Below, one piece after another: positions 50,478 through 60,800 of a stretch of 64,000 bases of DNA. Numbering within the stretch: the stretch's first letter is position 1; each line of letters begins with the position of its first letter. The stretch is from Candidatus Binatia bacterium (GTDB taxonomy: Bacteria; Desulfobacterota; Binatia; UBA9968; CAXXLF01). The stretch spans positions 1,280,001 through 1,344,000 of the forward strand of contig CAXXLF010000002.1 in assembly GCA_963664015.2 (NCBI GenBank), in the 5' to 3' direction. Both the position numbers and the translations under genes were made by a program. The notes beneath the pieces are model-generated. The model was not told where the DNA came from and made no database searches. It saw nothing but the letters and a program-made list of their open reading frames with translations.

Positions 50478-50942
50478 TTACTTTTTCTTCATCTTTTTAC
50501 TGCTGGCCTTTACAAAAAAGATCGCGCCTTTTGCCAGCTCGTTGCCGTCGTTGTCTACAATGGTAATGCCATTTTTTCCCATGTCGAGAAGCTTGCGGCG
50601 GATCTCCCGGCGGAGATTCCACACGGTGGCAAATGTTCCATTGGCATCAGTTTTGGGACGCGGCTTTACCAGGTAGCTCACATCCGAAAGGACTCCGCCC
50701 ATCATGACCCGGATTCCTACTTCCTGGTTAGGCTTCAAGCCTGAAGCGCTAATAAAAACCATCCCTGCCTTGTACTCAACCTTCTTGGGTAGAACCGTAA
50801 CTTTTGCCCCAGCAGCTTGTGCAAGCGATTCGCCGACACCACCTAAAGATAGCGGAGCGACACTACTAAGGACGGAGAGAAAAAAGGCTGCGACAAGGAT
50901 GGCTGAAATCCTGGCTGGATTGACATTAATTTTCATTGACAT
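50478..50942 (-). CDS. Exported hypothetical protein
   Basis: Hydrophobic N-terminal signal, GGAGG RBS, basic C-terminus. Confidence 0.7.
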   Translation of the reverse strand: MSMKINVNPARISAILVAAFFLSVLSSVAPLSLGGVGESLAQAAGAKVTVLPKKVEYKAGMVFISASGLKPNQEVGIRVMMGGVLSDVSYLVKPRPKTDANGTFATVWNLRREIRRKLLDMGKNGITIVDNDGNELAKGAIFFVKASSKKMKKK

Positions 50943-50960
50943 ACCTCCCCCTAAAAATTT

Positions 50961-51004
50961 TTGACAGCGAACGGCATTATGGTATACACATCAAACGTTG
51001 TCAA
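50961..51004. promoter_or_regulatory. Overlapping divergent sigma70 promoters with a central GTATAC palindrome
   Basis: Minus strand TTGACA-N17-CATAAT (51004-50976); plus strand TTGACA-N16-TATACA (50961-50988). Confidence 0.55.
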
Positions 51005-51144
51005 CCCCCCCCTGAGACGATTTTTTAGGGATGGGTTAAGGGCTCGGGGACACTGAGGAATCGACTCCCGCCTTGATTTCGTCCCCTGCTTTTTGTAGAG
51101 TAAATGATTAGATGGGTTAGTGGGTCTTTGATGTAAAAGGAGGA

Positions 51145-51333
51145 GTGGAGATGGAGCTACCAAAATGCCAAAAGTGTAACGACGGCCTTTTGATCCCCTT
51201 ATCCGACTATGGTCAGGAAGGAGCTTCTGTGATGTACAAGGCCTGGGCCTGCACCAACCCCGAGTGTGGGTTCTCCCTCCGAGTCGACAAAGGCGAAGTT
51301 ACCTACGGAAAAAAGATCGAGCCCAAGCATTAG
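51145..51333 (+). CDS. Small zinc-ribbon protein
   Basis: CQKC...CTNPECG; AGGAGGAG RBS. Confidence 0.75.
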   Translation: MEMELPKCQKCNDGLLIPLSDYGQEGASVMYKAWACTNPECGFSLRVDKGEVTYGKKIEPKH

Positions 51334-51520
51334 CAGGGGTTCTCGCAGAATCGTGGCGTTGAGGCATTGAGATCCAGACTAACCGCTGTCGTTTCTGTGG
51401 TGCCCGCCCAGTAAGCGTAGAAGATTGCTCTCCAAGCGTTGAGCTCCTCAGGACTCAGCAGGCAGCCTTAGATCTTCACAGGTTCTGACTTTCCTCAAAT
51501 TCAAATTTCACGAGAGAGAA

Positions 51521-52183
51521 TTGCTCGACCCTCATAGCCTCAATATTAGCGGAATACGGTGGGGCCAAGAGCTGTTGTGGCTTACCTTTCTGGACGAGCC
51601 CATCGTCGCCACTTACGATCCCGATCAAGAGCAATGCGAGATCAAGCTTTGGTTCACCCATCCCGTCACTGCCGTGTGTCCCACACCGGAAGGACTCTGG
51701 CTTATCGCCGGGGGAGGCAAACTGGGCCGGCGGGTGGTTCTCTGGTCCTTGGAACAAAACTCTAGTATCCGGGAATTTGACTGCCCCGATGGAGCCGCCA
51801 CTGGAATGGCCCTGGACGGACGTAATCTGTGGCTTACCCACCGGCGCAACCGAAAACTGTTCTGTATGGATAGCAACGATGGCCAGGTCCGCTGGCTCAT
51901 TAGGACTGAGAAAGAAAACTCCAGTCCCGATGTTTATGATGGGAACCTGTGGTTGATCGAGTGTGATCCCGGTCCCTTGGCCCACTGGAGCCCCGCAGGG
52001 CAAGCAAGGTATTCTTTTATTCGCTACGATACCGCCCGGGAGAGGGTCATGGAAAGAATACCCGTTCCTTTTACCCCAAGTTGCATGACCTTTGACGGCA
52101 AGCGCTTCTGGTATACACAGCCCGACGAAAAGGGGTTTCATTCGGTCGCCCGAGAAACCCTAACGAAAAAAACGGCTGGTTAG
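51521..52183 (+). CDS. Beta-propeller protein (glutaminyl-cyclase/YVTN-like)
   Basis: Repeated GMALDGRNLW / MTFDGKRFW blades. Confidence 0.6.
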   Translation: MLDPHSLNISGIRWGQELLWLTFLDEPIVATYDPDQEQCEIKLWFTHPVTAVCPTPEGLWLIAGGGKLGRRVVLWSLEQNSSIREFDCPDGAATGMALDGRNLWLTHRRNRKLFCMDSNDGQVRWLIRTEKENSSPDVYDGNLWLIECDPGPLAHWSPAGQARYSFIRYDTARERVMERIPVPFTPSCMTFDGKRFWYTQPDEKGFHSVARETLTKKTAG

Positions 52184-52235
52184 CGCGCGCCGGGGGAGAA
52201 AGAAACTCCATCCCGTGAAGGGCCCACAGGTCCCA

Positions 52236-55204
52236 TCATCCCGTTAGATCTGCTGGCGGGACAAAGCCGCGGTGTAATGTGTTCTCGCTAATGGCTCGAG
52301 GAACTGAAGGAGATAATCGGGGCCCCGGCCTTTGAACCAATGCCTGATAGTTTGAGTTCCCCGAAGGGTTGGCGCTCCACGATGGCACCTGTAATTCCCC
52401 GGTTGATATAGAGGTTGCCTACACGGAATTGTCTCCGAGCCTTTTCAATATTGGCCGGAGAGCGGGGGGAAACCCCGCCCGTCAGGGCATAGGATTAGCG
52501 GTTGCCAATGTCCAAGGCGTCATCAAAATTACGGGCCTTCATCACTGAGAGAACCGGACCGAAGATCTCCTCTTGGGCCATTCGATGATGGGGTTCGATC
52601 CCTGTGAAGATCATCGGACCGACAAAGTAACCTTCTTTGGGGCCATTCAATTCAATCACACATTTCCCTTCGCTCTTCCCCAAATCAATGTATTCCCTGA
52701 CCCTCTGGTACGCCGCTTCGTCGATCAAGGGCCCAACGAAACTCCCTGGATCATCTGCGGGGCCGATTTTGAGACCCTTGACCACCTCCACCAGACGTTC
52801 CACCACGCGATCGTGGATTTCGTCCACCAAAATCAGCCGGGAAGCCGCCGAACATTTCTGACCCTGATATCCAAAAGCGGATTCTATGGTATAGGCTACA
52901 GCCTTATCGAGATCCGCATCCTCATCAACGATGATGGCATTCTTACCCCCCATCTCACACACCACCCTTTTGACTTCCTCCTGACCGGGTTGCAGCACAG
53001 AGGCTTGGCGCAATTTTTCTAAACCCACGTCACGGGAACCGGTAAAGGCAATGAGGTTCACGACCGGATGGCGGACCAGTAAGCCCCCAACTCGCCTCCT
53101 ACCTACAGGAGCTGACAGGCCCCTGAAGGCACACCGCCCTCGCGCAGAATGGCCATGAGGTGCATCCCCAGTACGGGCGACTATTCCGCCGGTTTCAAGA
53201 TCACACAGTTACCCGTCACCAGCGCTGCTGTGGTCATGCCCGTAGGTATGGCTAAGGGGAAATTCCACGGTGCAATGACCACGGCAACCCCTCTGGGTTG
53301 ATAGAAGTGTAAATTGCTCTCGCCTGGGATACGCTGGGTGACTTGTGGCTCGCTCAGCCGAAGCATCTGGCGACCATAGTATTCAAGGTAGTCGATGGCC
53401 TCGACAACATCCGCATCCGCTTCTCGCCATCCCTTCCCCACCTCAACGGCCTCCCATGCCACGAGCTCCATACGCCTCTGACCCATGATGGAAGCCGCGC
53501 GAGAAAGGACCGCTGCGCGATCCTTGGCAGGAGTCGCCTGCCACTCCGCATAGAAGCCTCGTGCCGCTTCCAAAGCTTGATCGGCCTCCTCCCAACTCGC
53601 CACCGACACCCTGCCAACGATTTCTTTGGGCGAGGCCGGATTGACCGAAGTCATCTCCTTCCCAGTTTTCTTTTCCTGTCCGGCGATCCAAAGGGGATCG
53701 AGGTGTCCAAACTTTCCCCTCACCGTTCCAATAGCTTCTTTATATCGGAAACGAATCTCGGCGCGCGAAAAATCAAGCAGCGTATCATTTTGGAAAGGGG
53801 AAGGAGCCTCAGAGTCAGTCACTTCACTAGGTAAAGCTGGAAGTTCACCTGATGCGCCTTTCTTCGGCGATGGCGCACGGATGAGCGTCTTGATATCTCG
53901 CTCCTCGGCAAAGGCCTAGCGCAGAAACGAGGCATTGGATGTATTTTCCATGAGGCGACGAATCAAGTAAGCCATGCCTGGGATCAGCTCCCCAACAGGG
54001 GCATAGACCCGGACTCGAAAATCACTTTGGATCAAGGCCTGACGGATGGGCTCGGCCATACCGTAAAGCATCTGCATTTCGTAGCCATTATCCGGAATCC
54101 CTAGTTCTCTGCCCGTGACGATACCATGGGCAAGGCTGCGGATATTGTGCCTCCCAAAGGCAAGGTCCACGATATCCTTATGCTCGAACAGAAGGCGCGT
54201 CGATCGTTCAAAGTTGGCGTCGGTCTCATCTTTTGTCCAGGAAAACTGGAATATGCCAGCCCTTCTGTTTGGCCCAGGCAATCTCGCTATCCCAGTAGGC
54301 ACCCTTGACGAGACGAATCCCGATCCTGCGCCCCCGTCCTTTGGCCCAACGGAGGAGCTCGTTCAAATCTTTTTCGCTGTCCAAGAGATAGACCTGGAAG
54401 GCCAGAGCGATTTGAGGACGCTCCCCGAATGCCTCCTCCTCCAAGAGCTCACGAAAGATGGTAAGGGTAATATCCTTGTAGGCGTACTTTTCCATGTCTA
54501 TGGCCAGGGAGGCCCCAATCCGGATTCCTTCCCTAAGAATGGACCTGAGTCTGTTTTTCACAGCCGTCAGAGTGCCGGGATCCAGGGGATCAAAACGGGC
54601 ACAGAGGGAAGAGAGCTTAATTGACAATTTAATTTTGAGAAGATGCCCCTGCCATCCCGAATCGATCTGGGGAATGGAAGGCCATCCCCCCCACCGTGGG
54701 CGCGAGACGCCTCATGAGATCGAGATAGCGTCCCTGCCTGGCGTCGGTCTCCCGATCGCTCATCGTGGTCTCTCCAACCACATCCAAAGTGAACGCTGCT
54801 TGTTCTTGCCGCAGCGCTTGGAGAACAGAGACCACGGATTCGGTGTCCTCTTCAATGATGAACCCACGGGCAAGGGGAACCATGTTCTGGCGCACCACCG
54901 GCGCCACCAGCCATCCCGCATGCAGGGTCTGGGCAAGGAAAACCAACCCACTCAATGCATGGTCCACCCGGCCAAAATACTCACGGAGATGGCGGCCGAT
55001 ATCCGCTGCCGAGTCCAGGCTAGGAAGGACATCCACCAAGCGAAAAAGGGCAACACGGAGGTCCTCATCCTTGAGGGAGCAGTCAATCATCCTGCCGATC
55101 CAGTCCTGGGGATTAAACAGCGACGGCCTCTGCTCTGCCGCCTTTTGATAGAGAGAGCGCGCTAATTCCTGGATCTCTTTGTCCGAATTTTTTGATTTAT
55201 TCAT
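52236..55204 (-). pseudogene. putA: PutA (proline dehydrogenase / P5C dehydrogenase) pseudogene
   Basis: Fragments LFRLVDVLP, SIKLSSL, IDME, RLVKGAYWD, QMLYGM, AYLIRRLMENTSN, PWNFPLAI, EMGGKN, GQKCSA, EEIFGP, broken by several frameshifts and by stops at 53916, 53181 and 52495. Confidence 0.92.
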
Positions 55205-55549
55205 TGGGCCATGTGCTCTTTCTCTATCTTAATACTTGGGACTGTCACTGTGCCAGAGATGATCACTTCCTTCACGGGTTGGATGCATAACAGATCATGG
55301 TCTTTTCCCTAGCCTCCAAGCGACTAACGGCAAGTGGAAAAGTTTAAATAAAAATAACCTCGAGCTAACGGACCTCTATCCCACACAAGGACTAACCCAT
55401 AGAACCATTCAGGATGGGGGTTGGGCGATGACTCTGGCACGGGCGTACATCGATGTTTGGTTGACCGGTTTATGGGTGTAAGCGAGGGACTGGAGGGCAA
55501 CCGCTGGAGAGCTTCGACGACTGAATTGAGCAGTCTCGACCGATAAGGT

Positions 55550-55619
55550 TACTCCACCCCGTGGAGTACTAACCTCAACCCAGATTGTAGATTTCGACCT
55601 TGACCTTACTCCACGGGGT
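55550..55619. repeat. Palindromic element with a 13-bp perfect inverted repeat
   Basis: ACCCCGTGGAGTA (55556-55568) / TACTCCACGGGGT (55607-55619), plus an extra TACTCCAC at 55550. Confidence 0.7.
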
Positions 55620-56470
55620 TAACTATAAAGGACCTTGGCGAGTTCGGACCGGTACCGATCCGTCAACTCGTGTTGGTGACCCAGGACTTCGAAGATCTGA
55701 AGCATAGCCTTGCGCGCACCACCCTCGTGAAAGTCCTTCTGTTGTTTCATAACGGTCAAAAATTCGGACAGCGCTTCCTCGAACCTCTCGGAAGCCGCCA
55801 AGACAGACCCCAGTTGAAAGCGCGCTTCTAGATCATTGGGGTTTGTCTCGAGTGCGGAGCGCAGAGTCGGCTCATCCTCTCCCATTCCCTCCCTGAGTTT
55901 TTGGCGTGCAATGAGTTGATCGGCCTCCTTTCGCTCTGGCATAGTGAGGGGAACTCGCTCAAGAAAACCCGTTCCCGCACCATCCCCATTAGCGATTAGA
56001 AGTCGGCCCATGGCCAATAGGGCCCCTGGGTGTAAGGGAACCGAATCCAGCACCTCCTGGCAGACGGCCTGTGCTTCATCTGGTTTTCCTTGATTTTCCA
56101 AGGCCTTAGCTTCAAGGACCCGGTAGTCCGCCTCTGAGGGAAGGACCCGTGAGAGAACCTCTCGTACCGCATCCTCCGGCAGTGCACCGGTAAATTCGTC
56201 GGCGACCTCCCCTGCCTTGAATAGCTTCACCGCCGGAATTCCCTGAATTCGGAACAAACTAGCCAGTTCCTGGTTCTCATCCACATTCACTTTGGCCAGT
56301 ATGAAGGCTCCCTTATGCTCCTCTGCCAGGCGCTCCAACACCGGTCCCAAAACCCTACAGGGACCGCACCAGGGGGCCCAGAAATCAACCACCACAGGCG
56401 CCTGGTGGGATCGCTCGAGCACCTCCGTCTGAAAATCGGTTTCACCTACCTCTATGGTCCACTGGTTCAT
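55619..56470 (-). CDS. cnoX: Thioredoxin-TPR chaperedoxin (YbbN/CnoX)
   Basis: [10 protein letters not shown] followed by a TPR region ending [11 protein letters not shown]. Confidence 0.9.
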   Translation of the reverse strand: MNQWTIEVGETDFQTEVLERSHQAPVVVDFWAPWCGPCRVLGPVLERLAEEHKGAFILAKVNVDENQELASLFRIQGIPAVKLFKAGEVADEFTGALPEDAVREVLSRVLPSEADYRVLEAKALENQGKPDEAQAVCQEVLDSVPLHPGALLAMGRLLIANGDGAGTGFLERVPLTMPERKEADQLIARQKLREGMGEDEPTLRSALETNPNDLEARFQLGSVLAASERFEEALSEFLTVMKQQKDFHEGGARKAMLQIFEVLGHQHELTDRYRSELAKVLYS

Positions 56471-56500
56471 GATTAACTAATAACCTCAGAAAGCCTGAAA

Positions 56501-57007
56501 TTAAGCTCGTTTCCCCTTTTTTGGAAAGCTCTCGGGGTCAAAACTTGTCCCGTTCAGGGCAAAGGTCCGTCCTACCGGTGTCGGCTGGAGGATCGTCTGC
56601 ATCACGTAGCAGCCTTTCTCCGAATTCCTCACCAAAGCGGCGACCCGCTCCGGGGCCTCCTGTGAATCCAGCTCCAAATGAGTCTCGAACCCAACGCCCT
56701 CGGCCTGAACCGTCTCCGCCAGAACCGACCCTACACTTTTAAACCTTGCTTTGACAGAGACACGGGCCTTGTCGATCTTCGTCTTCATCATTTCCCCGTA
56801 CCGGGAAATTTGGGTGAGTAGTCAAAATGCCAGCGCAAGACCGAAATAGGCAAGCGGCGGTGGTGCCGTGTTCCCTCCTCCGACCCGGGGTCCCTCGTCA
56901 CAGTACACCGTAAAACCCCTCGCATGCCCCTCCTTACGCATCTTCTCCAGGGTCTCTGCATCCGCCTCTATCTGGATTTCTCGTTTGACTGTTATGTCAT
57001 CAGCCAT
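56501..57007 (-). CDS. OsmC-like selenoprotein (Sec62, TGA at 56824-56822)
   Basis: ORFs 56822-57007 and 56501-56791 share a frame: CDEGPRVGGGNTAPPPLAYFGLALAF-U-LLTQISRYGEMMK...SEKGCYV; SECIS-like hairpin at 56809-56790. Confidence 0.88.
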
Positions 57008-57196
57008 AGGCTCCCCCCCCCTTTTTGCCAGTCAGAGTAGCGCAAAGCCCCCGAACCGTCAATTGCAGGGACTCTCCACCAATGCTATAAGGTGCCTCCT
57101 ACGGCCCCGATCCATTTTGTTCTATGTGACCGCAGGTGGTCCTGGGAAGCAGAGGTCGCCGGACTAAGAAAGCTTCGGTACTGAGAAAGAGGTTCC

Positions 57197-57676
57197 ATGG
57201 CCAAACGCCACCCTGCGCTCATCCCCTTGTCCCATGACCACCACCACGCACTGGCAATGGCCCTGCGATGCCGCAAGCATGCCCTTGGTCAGATGAACCC
57301 CGGCAATCCGCAAGCCCTAAAGGGGCAAGCGGTCGAAATTAAAACCTTTTTCGACACGAATCTCCGGCTGCACTTCGAAGCAGAAGAAAAGGTCCTCTTC
57401 CCTCTGATAATCGCCGCGTCCCCGGATGCAGAGGCTCTGGTGGCGAAGCTTATCCGTGAACACGAACGACTGCGCCAGGAGGCGACGGCACTGGACAATG
57501 AGGCCCGACTGTCAAAGACGCTCTTCAACCTGGGAGACCTACTCGAATCCCACGTACGGTGTGAGGAGCGCGAACTGTTTCCCCTATTCGAACGCACCGT
57601 ATCGGCTGAACTCACAGAACAGGCCCGGCAAGGGATCGAGGAGGTTTTACGTCCGACACCCCGCGCAAATGACTAG
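57197..57676 (+). CDS. Hemerythrin-like domain protein
   Basis: SHDHHHAL, HFEAEE..LFP, EH, HVRCEERELFP. Confidence 0.85.
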   Translation: MAKRHPALIPLSHDHHHALAMALRCRKHALGQMNPGNPQALKGQAVEIKTFFDTNLRLHFEAEEKVLFPLIIAASPDAEALVAKLIREHERLRQEATALDNEARLSKTLFNLGDLLESHVRCEERELFPLFERTVSAELTEQARQGIEEVLRPTPRAND

Positions 57677-57700
57677 CATCCGGATGATAAGTCCTGTTTT

Positions 57701-57777
57701 CAGGCTGATTAAAAAATTCTGAGAGGCCGGGCGATTGAGCGCAACGAAGGATATGAGGCTTTTTCAGCAGCGTGCTA
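57701..57777. repeat. MITE-like remnant with imperfect terminal inverted repeats
   Basis: CAGGCTGATTAAAAA ... TTTTTCAGCAGCGTG (12/15 match). Confidence 0.55.
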
Positions 57778-58839
57778 CGAAGCCTTCATGTAGTCCTTGG
57801 TATAAAGGTCGAGAAGAGCGACCAATAGGGCTAACAAAACCGGGCCCAGGATCAGTCCAATAATTCCGAACAGCCTGAGCCCTCCCAGAATGCTGAAGAA
57901 GAGAAAAAGGACCGGCAGGCGCAGGCGGTTGCCAATCAGTATGGGCTTTAGAAAGTTATCGATAGACCCCACGATCAGTAGACCCCAGAGAAACATAGCC
58001 AACCCCTTCCAAATTGGCCCCTGGACAAAGCCCAGGTAGAGGGCCGCGGGAAACCACACCAGGAAAGAGCCACCGATGGGAAAGAGGGCCGTGAAGCCGG
58101 TCATCACGCCCAAGAGAATAGCGAAGTTTAGACCCAGGAGCCAATAGGCCATCCCCGCCAGTAACCCTTGAATCATAGCGGTGATCAAGGCCCCATGAAC
58201 AACGGCAAAGAGGGCGTTGACGATATTCTGAAAGAGGTCTTCCTTGTGCTTCTGTTCCATGGGCAGAAACGTAAGGACATGGTGAGACAGCTCCTTGCCA
58301 TCTCTGAGCAGAAAGAAAAAGCTAAAAAGGGCAATGATCAGGTTAATAGCGAACATGAATATGTTTTGCGCCACCGATGTGACCTGCGCGGCCAGGTATC
58401 CGGAAGCCGTTTGAACCCCCTGAATGACGGAACTCTTAAGATCGATGCCAAAAACGGAGAGTTCGGCGGAGATACCCTCCCAGATCTGGATCACCTTTTG
58501 GACCCATGGCCTGCCCTTCCAGACTTCCAGCTCCTCCCCACCAACAGAGGCGCGTAGCGTTCGTGCTAGCTCTACGGTCTCCTGGGAAAGAAAAAACGAG
58601 CCCCTGATGGCGGGGACAACAATCAAGAAGGTGATCAAGACCGTAACGATCAGAGCGGCCAGCGTCTCCCTCCCCTTCAGAAATTTCAGCAGCCACGCGT
58701 AGGCCGGATAGACGACGATGGCGAGGATGGCGGCCCAGGCCACGGCCGTGAGGAATGGGCTGAAGATAAGAAAGTCCAGGTAGAGGATGATCAGCAAGAG
58801 CAAAAAGAAAAAGACGGTGACAAGCCAGTTTTGATTCAC
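57775..58839 (-). CDS. AI-2E family transporter
   Basis: FFFLLRDG, IDNFLKPILIG, GGLRLFGIIGLILGP. Confidence 0.9.
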   Translation of the reverse strand: MNQNWLVTVFFFLLLLIILYLDFLIFSPFLTAVAWAAILAIVVYPAYAWLLKFLKGRETLAALIVTVLITFLIVVPAIRGSFFLSQETVELARTLRASVGGEELEVWKGRPWVQKVIQIWEGISAELSVFGIDLKSSVIQGVQTASGYLAAQVTSVAQNIFMFAINLIIALFSFFFLLRDGKELSHHVLTFLPMEQKHKEDLFQNIVNALFAVVHGALITAMIQGLLAGMAYWLLGLNFAILLGVMTGFTALFPIGGSFLVWFPAALYLGFVQGPIWKGLAMFLWGLLIVGSIDNFLKPILIGNRLRLPVLFLFFSILGGLRLFGIIGLILGPVLLALLVALLDLYTKDYMKAS

Positions 58840-59082
58840 GATGGAGTACTCCTAGCCCCGATGATTAAGGACATCCCGTGAGCGGCCGGTCGGTGCGGAC
58901 AACGACCAGAGCCACTTACTGCATCCCCACTTTGCGCCCCATACACTAGTCGTATTGCAATAGACTTGAGCTTCTGCCAGAAATGAAGCTTCCATTAATA
59001 ATGGTGCCCTAGTAGCCGTAAGTTAATAGGGCCGAGTAAGCCACCCATGGTCTCATGCGCAGGCCCATAGAAGGAAGACAAC

Positions 59083-59292
59083 TTGACAACGAAAACTGCG
59101 ATTATTTCCATTGACGATCTAACTTCACAAACCATTGGGACGCTGAGCGACTTGCTGAAGGCTGTTCCGGGGGTGGATAGCATCGAGTTCAATATCGAGC
59201 GCAAAGTGGCAGTAGCTGAATTCGATCCGACCCGGACCAATGTGGAGGAGTTGCTGCGGGCTGTCCTGAAGGCGGGCTTTCACGTCTCGTAA
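59083..59292 (+). CDS. HMA-fold small protein lacking CxxC
   Basis: ISIDDLT...LKAVPGVDSIEFNIERKVAVAEFDP...LLRAVLKAGF; TTG start with GGAAG RBS. Confidence 0.7.
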   Translation: MTTKTAIISIDDLTSQTIGTLSDLLKAVPGVDSIEFNIERKVAVAEFDPTRTNVEELLRAVLKAGFHVS

Positions 59293-59321
59293 CGTACCAC
59301 AGGAACACAAGTAAAGCGTTC

Positions 59322-60677
59322 TCAGTCTCCGGCCACGGTCATACGGGATATTTTCAAAGTCGGGGCCGCGACGCGGTATTTCATATCGAGATCACTCCCC
59401 ACCATCTCGATGTTCATAAACATTTCCTTCAGGTTCCCCGCAATGGTGACCTCCTCCACCGGATAGGTCAGCTGCCCCCCTTCGATCCATAATCCCGCAG
59501 CGCCGCGAGAGTAATCGCCCGTCACCGAATTTACCCCGAATCCAATCAGCTCGGTGACATAAAAGCCATCTTGAACCGAGGAAATGATCTGCTCCGGATC
59601 ATGGGGCCCCGGCGCGAGGTAGAAGTTGGTTGGGGCCACACCGGGAGAGCTACCCACGGACCGAGCCGCATTGCCAGTTGAAGGCAGGCCGAGTTTCCTA
59701 CCGCTATACGTATCGAGGAGATAGCTTTGAAGTACCCCCTTTTCCACAATCCCTTTCTTCTGCGTAGCCAGTCCCTCACCATCGAAGGGTTTTGACCCGA
59801 GCGCTGCTGGGATGGTCCCATCGTCGATGACCGTCACATGATCGGAGGCAATCTTGCTACCGAGCTTGCCCATTAAAAAAGATGCACCCTTATAGAGAGA
59901 GTCCCCTGAGACCGCGCCAGAGAGATTACGCATAAGAGATGCTGCGGTCTCGGGATCAAAGATTACGGGCACCTCTTGAGTTCGCACCTTGCGGGCCCCC
60001 AGACGGCGCAAGACCCTTTGGGCGGCCTTCTGTCCCACTTGTGAGGGCGATTCCAGCCGGGAGAACTTGCGTTGGGTCGACGACCAGAAGTCGCGCTCCA
60101 TGGCCCCATTGTGACTCGCCACCGGCACGACCGAAAGACTGAAAACCGAACCTTCATACTCCCCGGAAAAACCCGCGCTGTTGCTATAAATGACACGGTT
60201 AAACTGACTCGAACATTCACCACCCTCCGAATTTGTAATGCGCGGGTCGACCCCAAGGGCTTTTTTTTCTGCTGCGCGGGCAAGGTCGATTTTTCCCTCC
60301 ACTGAAACCGAGCGAGCCTGACGATCGATCAGATCGAGGTCTTTCAATTGTCCGGCCAGTTCCTCAGGAAGAGGAAGACCGCTGTCCTTATCCTGGACAG
60401 TGGAGCGGGCCAATGTGCAAGTATCCTGGATCAGGTGTTCGATAGAATCCATGGAGATGTCCGACGTCGAGCCCGTGGCCGAACTCTGCCCGAAGAAGAG
60501 TCTAAGACCGAGCCCTTTCTGCTGGGCCTGGCTGATCTTCTCCACTTCACTCAGGCGAACAGTCACAAAGAAGGATTCGTTTTCCACCATGACCACATCG
60601 CCGTGGGTGGCCCCACTCCGTTTGGCCCGGGCCAATATATCCTGCGCCAGCTCCTGGCTTAGTTCCAGACGTTCCAT
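59322..60677 (-). CDS. pmbA: TldE/PmbA peptidase subunit
   Basis: PFDGEG, STGNA, GDYSRGAAG, EVTIAGNL; likely start MERLE at 60677. Confidence 0.93.
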   Translation of the reverse strand: MERLELSQELAQDILARAKRSGATHGDVVMVENESFFVTVRLSEVEKISQAQQKGLGLRLFFGQSSATGSTSDISMDSIEHLIQDTCTLARSTVQDKDSGLPLPEELAGQLKDLDLIDRQARSVSVEGKIDLARAAEKKALGVDPRITNSEGGECSSQFNRVIYSNSAGFSGEYEGSVFSLSVVPVASHNGAMERDFWSSTQRKFSRLESPSQVGQKAAQRVLRRLGARKVRTQEVPVIFDPETAASLMRNLSGAVSGDSLYKGASFLMGKLGSKIASDHVTVIDDGTIPAALGSKPFDGEGLATQKKGIVEKGVLQSYLLDTYSGRKLGLPSTGNAARSVGSSPGVAPTNFYLAPGPHDPEQIISSVQDGFYVTELIGFGVNSVTGDYSRGAAGLWIEGGQLTYPVEEVTIAGNLKEMFMNIEMVGSDLDMKYRVAAPTLKISRMTVAGD

Positions 60678-60693
60678 TATCCCTTCCTTCGAA

Positions 60694-60800
60694 GTCAATC
60701 GTAATTCGTCAATGGTCAATCGTTTTCTGCTTTCCCCTATTCCAATGTACTCACCCTTTGCGTGAAGTAACCGATTGACAAATAACCATTGACTATTAAC
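60694..60800. repeat. Inverted heptamer arrays between tldD and pmbA
   Basis: gtcaatc gtaattc gtcaatg gtcaatc ... gattgac aaataac cattgac tattaac. Confidence 0.7.

Noticed and set aside
52236-55204. Amber (TAG) recoding in putA and the BNR gene
   Set aside because: The same genes also contain TAA stops and/or frameshifts; the TAGs fit single-base CAG-to-TAG mutations; no pyl genes are in the window
55205-55549. Riboswitch or ncRNA upstream of putA
   Set aside because: No recognisable family motif or convincing structure by eye
60678-60719. N-terminal extension MTIDELRLTSKEGI of PmbA in the ORF track
   Set aside because: It is translated heptamer repeat; a better RBS precedes the ATG at 60677
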